This document shows positions 1 through 8,800 of a stretch of 64,000 nucleotides of DNA, in pieces (position 1 is the stretch's first letter; each line of letters opens with the position of its first letter). This stretch comes from Cenarchaeum sp. (GTDB lineage Archaea > Thermoproteota > Nitrososphaeria > Nitrososphaerales > Nitrosopumilaceae). The notes below the pieces were generated by a model that was not told where the DNA came from, searched no databases, and worked only from the letters and a program-made list of their open reading frames with translations. The stretch covers positions 160,001 through 224,000 of the forward strand of contig OZ242221.1 in assembly GCA_965206845.1 (NCBI GenBank). The letters run 5' to 3'. Made by a program: the position numbers and the translations under genes.

Positions 1-399
1 GACGCGCTATCGGCCCGGACAGGCGGCAAGATGGCCATTGTCACCGGCCGCGGCCTTGACGCAGTGCGGCACCCCTTGGGCGGCATGCTGGACTCGTTTG
101 TGCTGGACGCCTGCATGTTCCTAGAGGACGGGCCGCGGAGCATGGCAAAGCCCAACCCCGAGTCGCTTGTGCACGCCGCATCGAAGCTGTCGGCATGTAG
201 CGCGCTGTACGTGGGGGACTCGATGGAGGATATCATCATGGCAAAGGGGGCCTCGCAGATGGGCCACAAGGTCGCGTTCTGCGGGATCACCGGAACCGCA
301 AGGAGGCCGGAGGAGCGGCATGCGATGTTTGAGCGCGCCGGGGCAGACATCATACTGAACTCGATACATGACATGCCTAGCTCCGTCCAGCTCGGGTGA
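1..399 (+). CDS. HAD-superfamily hydrolase, C-terminal part (gene probably begins before the window)
   Basis: HAD motifs KPNP and YVGDSMEDI; sits directly upstream of hisB. Confidence 0.75.
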   Translation, partial: DALSARTGGKMAIVTGRGLDAVRHPLGGMLDSFVLDACMFLEDGPRSMAKPNPESLVHAASKLSACSALYVGDSMEDIIMAKGASQMGHKVAFCGITGTARRPEERHAMFERAGADIILNSIHDMPSSVQLG

Positions 400-427
400 C
401 CTATGTAGGACAGGACATGCAGTAGGC

Positions 428-518
428 TAGTCTGTTGCACGACATCCCCAAGCGTTCCTAGGCAATTGTCGAAAGGGAAACATCTCATGCCCGTAGCGCG
501 AAGTCGTGCAACAGACTA
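428..518. mobile_element. MITE-like element, 91 bp
   Basis: Perfect 16-bp inverted repeat TAGTCTGTTGCACGAC (428-443) / GTCGTGCAACAGACTA (503-518); the terminal TA could be a target-site duplication; no coding capacity. Confidence 0.6.
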
Positions 519-562
519 CCAGAATGCCAAATCTTGAATAGAGGTAGGTTGCACCCCAGAAT

Positions 563-1150
563 ATGAATGAGAGAAGATCGGCGGTGCGGCGCACCACAAA
601 GGAGACGGACATTACCATATCCGTTAGTATTGACGGTACCGGCAGGTGCGCAATCAGCACGGGCATCAACTTTCTTGATCACATGATGACAGCCTTGGCA
701 AAGCACTCGATGATCGACCTGGACGTGGACGCAAAGTCACTTGACGGGATCAAGCACCACCTAGTGGAGGATACGGGCATCACCGCCGGCCAGGCAGTAG
801 ACAAGGCCTTGGGCGACCGCCGCGGGATCACCCGGTTTGGCCACGCGTCGGTTCCCATGGACGAGTCACTAGCAGGGGCTACCGTGGACATGGTTCGGCG
901 GCCGTACTTTAAGCTGTCACTGGGACTGAGCGGGAGCCCGGTGGAGGACATTACTGGAGAGGATCTTGCGCACTTTTTCCAGTCGCTGCTCTCCAACCTG
1001 AACTGCTGCACGCACCTTGCCGTAAAGTACGGCGAGAACGACCACCACATGGCAGAAGCGGCCATCAAGTCACTTGCAGTGGCGCTCAGGATGGCAGTAT
1101 CCCACGATCCAGCGCAGAGTGGAGTCCCCAGTACCAAGGGGGCCATGTGA
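563..1150 (+). CDS. hisB: Imidazoleglycerol-phosphate dehydratase
   Basis: [25 protein letters not shown] and NDHHMAEA motifs; C-terminal PSTKG. Confidence 0.97.
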   Translation: MNERRSAVRRTTKETDITISVSIDGTGRCAISTGINFLDHMMTALAKHSMIDLDVDAKSLDGIKHHLVEDTGITAGQAVDKALGDRRGITRFGHASVPMDESLAGATVDMVRRPYFKLSLGLSGSPVEDITGEDLAHFFQSLLSNLNCCTHLAVKYGENDHHMAEAAIKSLAVALRMAVSHDPAQSGVPSTKGAM

Positions 1151-1758
1151 TGGTCCGGGTCGCCATACTGGATTATGGCGCAGGAAACATCTTCAGCCTA
1201 AAGAACACGCTTGAGAGATGCGGCGCAGAGGTTGACGTGGTAACAGACATGGCAGGCGCAGAGCCCTGCTCCGGCATACTGCTTCCCGGGGTAGGAAACT
1301 TTGATCCCGCCGTCAGGAGCATCCGCAAAGGCCTGCAAGGTGGCCGTGTGGGACTTGCAGAGGGCTCGGTTCCCGTGCTTGGAATATGCTTGGGAATGGA
1401 GGCGTTCTTTGAGAGGAGTGAGGAGGGCACCGAGGCTGGCCTGGGCGCAATCGGCGGCGAGGTGATAATGCTGCCAGATACCATGAAGGTGCCGCACATG
1501 GGATGGAACGACCTCAGGATAAGGAAGCCCGTCAGGCTTCTTGAGGGGGTGGATGACGGCTCGTGGGTCTACTTTGTGCACTCATACATGGCAAAGCCCG
1601 CATCAGAAGACGTGGTGGCAGCCGACTCGGACTATGGCGTACGGATTCCCGCGGTGGTCCAGAAGGGCAACCTCACCGGCACGCAGTTCCACCCGGAAAA
1701 GTCCGGCGCCGTTGGAAGGGTTATGATCAGAAACTTTCTTGAGGAGTGCAAGAAGTGA
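1150..1758 (+). CDS. hisH: Imidazole glycerol phosphate synthase, glutaminase subunit
   Basis: DYGAGN, LPGVG, GICLG, YFVHSY, QFHPEKS; ATG overlaps the hisB stop. Confidence 0.97.
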   Translation: MVRVAILDYGAGNIFSLKNTLERCGAEVDVVTDMAGAEPCSGILLPGVGNFDPAVRSIRKGLQGGRVGLAEGSVPVLGICLGMEAFFERSEEGTEAGLGAIGGEVIMLPDTMKVPHMGWNDLRIRKPVRLLEGVDDGSWVYFVHSYMAKPASEDVVAADSDYGVRIPAVVQKGNLTGTQFHPEKSGAVGRVMIRNFLEECKK

Positions 1759-2459
1759 AGATAATTCCGGCCGTAGACATAATGGGCGGCCAGGTGGTTC
1801 GGCTCAAAAAGGGCGACCCGACCCAGAAGACCGTATACGGAAGCGATCCCATGGGCACAGCAAAAAAATGGCAGGAGGCCGGAGCCGACATGCTGCATGT
1901 GGTGGATCTGGATGCCACCCTGGGCCTGGGCTCAAACATAGATGTTGTGAGGGATATCGCGTCGCAGGCAGGCATCCCGGTACAGGCCGCAGGCGGCCTC
2001 AGGGACGAGGAGACAGCGATCCGGATGGCGGCATCTGCATCCCGGGTGGTTCTGGGAACGCTGGCATTCCGGGACAGGCGGGCCCTGGGCAGGCTGCTTG
2101 AGGAGCTTGGGCCTGAAAGAGTTGTGGTATCAGTGGATCACATAGGCGGATACATCGCCGTGAAGGGCTGGCAGGAGAAGACCACGATTCTGCTGCATGA
2201 TGCCATGCGGGATCTTACCGGAATGGGCATCACAGAGTTTCTACTGACCGATGTGGGAAGGGACGGCATGCTAAAAGGCCCCGACATGAAGTCGCTTGAG
2301 GCGGCATGCAGGTTTGATGCAAATATAATTGCCAGCGGCGGCATATCGGGAATTGACGATGTCAAGCAGGTTGGCAGGCTCGGGCCCTATGGCGTGATAC
2401 TGGGCAAGGCGCTGTACGACGGCAGGATCACCGTGGAGGAGGCAATAGCCGCATGCTGA
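1755..2459 (+). CDS. hisA: ProFAR isomerase
   Basis: IIPAVD..GQVVRL, LHVVDLD, IASGGI, LGKALY; GTG start overlaps the hisH stop. Confidence 0.95.
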   Translation: MKIIPAVDIMGGQVVRLKKGDPTQKTVYGSDPMGTAKKWQEAGADMLHVVDLDATLGLGSNIDVVRDIASQAGIPVQAAGGLRDEETAIRMAASASRVVLGTLAFRDRRALGRLLEELGPERVVVSVDHIGGYIAVKGWQEKTTILLHDAMRDLTGMGITEFLLTDVGRDGMLKGPDMKSLEAACRFDANIIASGGISGIDDVKQVGRLGPYGVILGKALYDGRITVEEAIAAC

Positions 2460-3250
2460 CAAAGAGAGTGATTCCGTGCCTAGACGTCAAGGACGGCAGG
2501 GTGGTCAAGGGCCTGCGTTTTGTCGCCATCAAGGATGCAGGAGATCCCGTGGAGCTGGCAAAAAGATATGCCGAGGAGGGCGCCGACGAGCTGATCTTTT
2601 TGGACATAACCGCCTCCGAGGAGAGGAGGGAGACCATCAAGAGCTTGGTCTCCGGGGTTGCCGGCGTGCTAGACATACCGTTTACCGTGGGCGGCGGCAT
2701 CAGCACGCTGCAAGACGCCCGCCAGGTTCTGCTCAGCGGAGCCGACAAAGTGGCGGTAAACACCGCCGCCGTCAAGAACCCAGGACTGATCACCGAGATG
2801 ATGGGGCTGTTTGGCAGGCAGTGCGTCGTGGTCGCGGTGGACGCAAAGAGGAACTATGATGCCGCGGCCGGCAAAAACGTGTTTGGTGGCGATGCGGGAT
2901 TCTGGTTTGAGGTCTTTGTGTATGGCGGCAAGGAGGGCACCGGAATCGACGCGATAGAGTGGGTAAAGGAGGCGCAAAGGATGGGCGCGGGCGAGATACT
3001 CCTCACCAGCATCGACAGGGACGGGACCGGGGACGGGTACGACACGCTTCTTACCCGGGAGGTGGTGAGATCCGTCTCGATTCCGGTGATCGCGTCCGGC
3101 GGGTGCGGGGGTGCAAGCCACATGGCAGACATATTCCGGGACTCGGATGTGGACGCGGCCCTAGCAGCATCCATATTTCACTATGAGCGGCAGGGCGTCC
3201 GCGGGGTAAAGCAGGTTTTAAAGGAGAGGGGAGTCCCCGTACGGTTGTAG
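2453..3250 (+). CDS. hisF: Imidazole glycerol phosphate synthase, cyclase subunit
   Basis: MLTKRVIPCLDV, GADELIFLDI, GAGEILLTSIDRDG, AALAASIFH. Confidence 0.98.
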   Translation: MLTKRVIPCLDVKDGRVVKGLRFVAIKDAGDPVELAKRYAEEGADELIFLDITASEERRETIKSLVSGVAGVLDIPFTVGGGISTLQDARQVLLSGADKVAVNTAAVKNPGLITEMMGLFGRQCVVVAVDAKRNYDAAAGKNVFGGDAGFWFEVFVYGGKEGTGIDAIEWVKEAQRMGAGEILLTSIDRDGTGDGYDTLLTREVVRSVSIPVIASGGCGGASHMADIFRDSDVDAALAASIFHYERQGVRGVKQVLKERGVPVRL

Positions 3251-3252
3251 AG

Positions 3253-3585
3253 GTGGGCATTATAGAAAAAAGCATAGACGACATCGATTTTGAGAAGGGC
3301 AACGGGCTGGTTCCGGCCGTGGTGCAAGACGCGGCAACACGCGACGTGCTCACGCTGGCATACACAAACAGGGAGTCACTGGAGCTGACCAAGCGTACCG
3401 GCAGGTCGTGGTTCTGGAGCAGGTCGCGGAACAAGCTGTGGATGAAGGGCGAGGAGTCAGGCAGCGTGCAGAAGGTGAAGCAGATCCTGGTGGACTGCGA
3501 CTGCGACGCCGTGATATATCTCGTGGAGCCTGCGGGTCCTGCGTGCCATACGGGCGAGCGGGCCTGCTTTCACCACGCGCTGTAG
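3253..3585 (+). CDS. hisI: Phosphoribosyl-AMP cyclohydrolase
   Basis: WSRSR..LW.KGE.SG, DCDCD, PACHTG..CF. Confidence 0.96.
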   Translation: MGIIEKSIDDIDFEKGNGLVPAVVQDAATRDVLTLAYTNRESLELTKRTGRSWFWSRSRNKLWMKGEESGSVQKVKQILVDCDCDAVIYLVEPAGPACHTGERACFHHAL

Positions 3586-3597
3586 CGCAAGCCTAAC

Positions 3598-3753
3598 CTC
3601 CTACTTGGCAAACCGCATGAGATCGGCAGCGATCCCATCCATGCACTTTTACGGACATGGGCCATGCGCACCGCGAGCATTCTTGTTAGCCACCTTGGGG
3701 TCCTCTTCTTTCTTGTACGCCTTTTCGAGATCTTCCTGCTCTGTCCTGTCCAT
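3598..3753 (-). pseudogene. Remnant of an IS630-like transposase N-terminus
   Basis: Stitching across two frameshifts gives MDRTEQEDLEKAYKKEEDPKV / TRMLAVRMAHVRKS / MDGIAADLMRFAK*, which resembles the HTH start of IS630 transposases. Confidence 0.55.
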
Positions 3754-3900
3754 ACCATACCATACCAGAAGGTAAGCCGATCTACAAACTTTCTGGTTGC
3801 GTGCGTATGGGCCGGAACGGACTTTGGCTCGCCACTACACAAACAAGGAAAAACAGCCAAACCACGTTGGCGCAAAAAAACCCCCGCGGTTCCGGTTGTG

Positions 3901-3954
3901 TTACCCACTGTTTTTTACTATAACACACAGCATTTATTTAGAAACAGTGGGTAA
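3901..3954. promoter_or_regulatory. 13-bp perfect inverted repeat over the Fic promoter and start codon
   Basis: TTACCCACTGTTT (3901-3913) / AAACAGTGGGTAA (3942-3954) with an AT-rich 28-bp loop. Confidence 0.45.
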
Positions 3955-4844
3955 TGGAAACAATGGTTACCGTAATAAGAAGAAAAAAGGGAGAACGGTT
4001 CTTCTACTATCTGAAACACACGTCCACGTCAAGGCAGAAGGAGACGTATTTGGGGCGCAGCATTCCGGAGAACATTGGCGAATTGAAGGAGAAGTTCATG
4101 CTTGACTTTTACAGGCAGGAATGGCAACCCAAACTTGAAGCGATCTCGAGAGGATACAATGCAGAACTGGAGCGTATGCCAAAGAACGTCCACGAGGACA
4201 TCTTGGCTAACTTCTATGCAGACTTTACATACAACACACAGAGAATAGAGGGTTCCACCATGACGTTCCGTGAGACGGCGGACCTTCTGCTACACGGTAT
4301 TCCGCCTCCGGGCAGGCCAGAAAGTGAGAGACACGAGGCGGAGTTGCACAAGGAGACGCTCATGAGGATTCTGGAGGGAGAGCAGGACATCACAATGAAG
4401 ACCATACTGGTGTGGCACGAGACGATCTTTTCGCGGACGGACCACGCCGACGCCGGAACCCTTCGCAGATATCCGGTGGGTGTAAGGGGAAGCAGGACGG
4501 AATTTCCTCTTTGGTACGATGTACCCGAGGAGATGGACAAGTTCTTTGCATGGTACAGGGCGGCCAAGAGTGCGCTGAATCCGGCAGAGCTTGCGGCCAT
4601 GGCACACTACAGGTTTGTCTTGATTCACCCGTTCGGCGATGGAAACGGCAGGATCTCAAGGCTGATCATGAACTGCATCCTGCACAACGGCGGTTATCCC
4701 ATGTTCATCATAAGAGTCAGGAACAGGGCATCCTACGCCAGATCCCTGGAGAGATCAAGCCTTAGCGGCAACGCAATATTCTTTGCTCAGTGGTTTATGA
4801 AAAGGTACATCAACTCCAACTCGCAGCACCTGGACAAATCATGA
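3954..4844 (+). CDS. Fic-domain protein (AMPylase, class II type with N-terminal autoinhibitory helix)
   Basis: Fic motif HPFGDGNGRISR; inhibitory motif TQRIEG matches (S/T)xxxE(G/N); start may be 3963. Confidence 0.92.
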   Translation: METMVTVIRRKKGERFFYYLKHTSTSRQKETYLGRSIPENIGELKEKFMLDFYRQEWQPKLEAISRGYNAELERMPKNVHEDILANFYADFTYNTQRIEGSTMTFRETADLLLHGIPPPGRPESERHEAELHKETLMRILEGEQDITMKTILVWHETIFSRTDHADAGTLRRYPVGVRGSRTEFPLWYDVPEEMDKFFAWYRAAKSALNPAELAAMAHYRFVLIHPFGDGNGRISRLIMNCILHNGGYPMFIIRVRNRASYARSLERSSLSGNAIFFAQWFMKRYINSNSQHLDKS

Positions 4845-4971
4845 CGGCAAGCCCGCCAGTCTGAGAGTTTCACCGCCATGCAATTCTGTGGAATCCGCTT
4901 CAGTGCCAGCATCGCGTCAACTCCCTTGCCGATACCCAATCTATAAACAGGTGAACAGATACTACAAATCA

Positions 4972-5169
4972 GTGAACACGATCAACCCCCGAAGCAACTG
5001 GTGGTTCCTGCTTCCGATCTTCATGGCAATAATCGGGGGAGTGATAGCCTACTTTGTGCTCAGGCACGACGATCCAAAAAAAGCCAAGAACTGCCTGTAT
5101 CTCGGAATCATTCTCACGGTAGTAGGAATCGTGTCCAACTCACTATTCCCCGCAGAGCCTCTGCCCTGA
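4972..5169 (+). CDS. Small two-TM membrane protein of thaumarchaeal type
   Basis: RSNWWFLLPIFMAIIGGVIAYFVLRHDDPKKAKNCLYLG; GTG at 4972 preferred over 4888. Confidence 0.75.
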   Translation: MNTINPRSNWWFLLPIFMAIIGGVIAYFVLRHDDPKKAKNCLYLGIILTVVGIVSNSLFPAEPLP

Positions 5170-5827
5170 AGCGCTCGTGATGCTTCCAGTGTTGCGGGAA
5201 CGCTGCCGCGGCGTTGCGACACATACCTCTAAACTCGAATAAAGGAACGCAAAAACCACACACAGCCAGACAACCACCGCAAACAGGCATACTGGCAAGA
5301 GCCTGTATGCTCCCGAGTAGGCACGGACGCTCAAAACACCTGCATGAGAAAGGCCAATTTATGATCCGATGCCACCGCAGAAGGGCCAAGGCCGCAACCG
5401 GCCAAAAGAGCAGGGATGGGAGGCGCCAGATGCAGGATCTGCGCCCAAACCCCCCTGCCTTTTCGGCAAGATTGCCCCGATCTATTGCAGGGTCAGCATG
5501 GCAGAAAACCCCGCCGGTTCGCATTTCATGCCCAGGAGCTAAACCCCCCTCCAGCAGTACCCGTCCCAGGCACTGAACCGTTTTTCCACAAATGCCCGGT
5601 TTTGAGGGGGGTTTAACACTCAGGCACAGATACCGCAACCAACCGTCAAAGCACCCCCATCGTCCGTTGAGATGCCCACGATCGTCTCATCCCATGAACA
5701 AAAGCTAAACCCCCCGGAATGCACGAAAGCGTGCAGGATGTTGTATGGTACAAGGCCCGTGCACGCACGCTAGGGTATGTGGGAAACTAGGCTACGGCAT
5801 GAGCCGGAGGTGGTTACCGCATAGAGT

Positions 5828-8800
5828 CTAACAATCAATAACGTTGCTGCCACTGTCAATGTCGTCATTGAATCCCGGGCTAGGGCCATCATTGCTGGGG
5901 TCGTTCTCCCGCGGATCAACATCGGCGAGCGCGCGGGCGCTGGAGATGCCTCCGCTATGATGCGGCATATCTGAAGTCTTGGAAACTATAACCATAATAG
6001 CGATCGGGTTGTCAGATGACGCATCGATCGGGTTGCCGGTGGGGTCGGTCACGGCCGAAGATGAAATATCCAGCTGCGGGATGGCCAGAGAGACGGCCGA
6101 CTGGCGCTGCGTCTCGGTTAGCGTGACGTTGATTGTATCAGTGTAGGCGATCGTGGTTATGATGGCACCCTCCAGTGGGATCTGATTCTCCTGATCCAGA
6201 TCACTGATGAACAACCTGGTCAGATCGATGTTGCTGACAGAGACGCTGTCAATCGGCTCTGAAAATGTAATCGTCAAGACACCTGTTACGCCGATCAGGG
6301 CAGCCGATGAGAACCCCGGCGCGGTAGTGTCTGCAGTGAGGGCGATTATCTGGACACCGTCGTCGACGGTGCCAGACACTACGGCATACGCGTCAGAGCC
6401 GATCCATGCGGTGGCGATGCCGGCGGCGCCGTCAAGCTCCGTAAAGCCCCCCTCCCCGTCGGTCAGGGCGGCCACGGCGACCGGGCCGGAAGGGTCCGTG
6501 ATGTCGATTATCTGGACACCGTCGTCGTCTTCGCTTGCCACAAGCGCGTATGTGATACTACCGACATTTGCAATGGCAATACCGCATGCGCCGTCAAGCT
6601 CCATAAAGCCGTCTTTTCCATCGCCCACTGACGAGGCAGCAGCCGGACTGGAGGGATCCGTGATGTTGATTATCTGGACACCGTCCCCACTTCTACTTGT
6701 CACAAGAGCGTACACAAAGTCGCCGATCCTTGCGGTGGCGACGCCGCATGCGCCGTCAAGCTCCATAAAGCCGTCTTTTCCGTCTCCTACTGACGAGGCA
6801 GCAGCCGGACTGGAGGGATCCGTGATGTTGATTATCTGGACACCGTCGTCGTTTCCGCTTGCCACGAGCGCGTACATAGATCCGCCGATCCCTGCGATGG
6901 CGATGCCGGCGGCGCCGTCAAGCTCCGTAAAGCCCCCCTCCCCGTCGGTCATGGCGGCCACGGCTACTGGGCTAGAGGGGTCCGTAATGTCGATTATCTG
7001 AACGCCGTCGTCGTTTCCGCTTGCCACGAGCGCGTACATAGATCCGCCGATCCCTGCGATGGCGATGCCAGCGGCGCCATCAAGCTCCGTAAAGCCCTCC
7101 TCCCCGTCGGTCATGGCGGCCACGGCTACTGGGCTAGAGGGGTCCGTAATGTCGATTATCTGAACGCCGTCGTCGTCTTCGCTTGCCACGAGCGCATACG
7201 CAGAGTCGCCGATCCTTGCGGTGGCGATACCGCACGCGCCGTCAAGCTCCGTAAAGCCCTCTTCTTCATCGCTAGCAGACGAGACGGCGGCAGGGGCAAA
7301 GGGATCTGTGATGTTGATTATCTGGATACCGTTGTCAGTGGAGCCGGTGACGATGGAGTATGTGCCGGAACCAATTCCAATGATGGCTACGCCGCATGCG
7401 CCGCCAAGATTAGTAAAGCCAGCATCTGCGTCATCCACGGCGGATGCCGGAGTCGGAGATATCGGAATGGTAGTGTCAGTGACGGTTATGTCAATTGCAC
7501 GATCAGGAGAGGCGTCAATCGGGTTGTCGTCGGTGCCCGCTACGGCCGATGACGCAATGTCCAGCTGCGCCGTATCCAGCGTGATAACAGACCGGCGTTG
7601 CAGCTCGGTCAACCTGACGGTAATTGTGGCAGGGTCACTAGACGCGATCGTTGCCGCCCCTGCCAGCGCAATCCGGTCTGTCTCTCCCACATCACTGATG
7701 AAAAGTTTGGCCAGATCAACGCCTGTGGAACTGATTGGCTTTGAGAACGTAATCGCAAGGATGCCCGTTACCTCGTCTAGAGTGGCCGACAGGAACTCTG
7801 GCGGGGATGGGTGGGCAATATCGATTATCTGGATGGCATTGTCCATCTCCGATGCAACAAGGGCGTACAATTTGGTTCCGATTGCCACGGTGGCTATGTC
7901 AGACGCGCCGCCGAGTCCGTCAAACCCGTCCTCGCCGTCGATCGCAGACGCCACGGCAGTCGGGCTGAAAGGGTTTGTGATGTCTATTACCTGCACGCCC
8001 CCGTCAGTGGCCGATGCGACAAAGGCGTACGTGGAGGAGCCGATTGCAACAGCAGCGATTCCGCGCGCTCCGGCAAGCTCGTCAAACCCGTCCCTGTCGT
8101 CGCTCACAGACGAGACGGCGACCGGATCTGAGGCATTCGTGATGTCGATTATTTGGACGCCGCTATCATACTCCGACGCGACAAGGGCATAAGTGGAGGA
8201 GTCGATTGTGACTGTGGTGATTCCGGACGCGCCGGCAAGCTCGTCAAACCCACCAATTCTGTCACTCACAGACGAGACGGCGGCCGGGCTGGAGGGATTC
8301 GTGATGTCGATTATCTGGACGCCGTCATCGGCGTACGACGCGACGAGGGCGTACGTGGAGGCGCCGATTGTAACTGCAGCGATTCCGCGCGCGCCGGCAA
8401 GCTCGTCAAACCCGCCTTCCCCATCGGTGACAGACGCGGTTGCCGCCGGGCTGGAGGGATCCGTGACGTCGATTATCTGGACGCCGTCATCGGCGTACGA
8501 CGCGACGAGGGCGTACGTTCTGGCGCCTATCGTAACTGCAACGATGTCGGCCGCGCCGTCAAGCTCGTCAAACCTTCCCATTCCATCGGTGGCAGACGCC
8601 ACGGTAGCGGGGTTGAAGGGATCCGTGACGTTGATTATCTGGACGCTGCTGTCCCAGTACGACGCGACGAGGGCATAGGTTAAGGCGCCGTCTGTGACCG
8701 TGGTGATGCCCCTGGCGCCGACAAGCCTTGTGAATCCAGCTATGTCGGCAACAGACGCGGTAGCGGCCGGGCTGGAGGGATCCGTGATGTCGATTATCTG

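Noticed and set aside
5447-5715. Replication origin (ORB G-strings)
   Set aside because: No cdc6/orc1 nearby, no TTCCA..GGAA ORB core and no AT-rich unwinding element.
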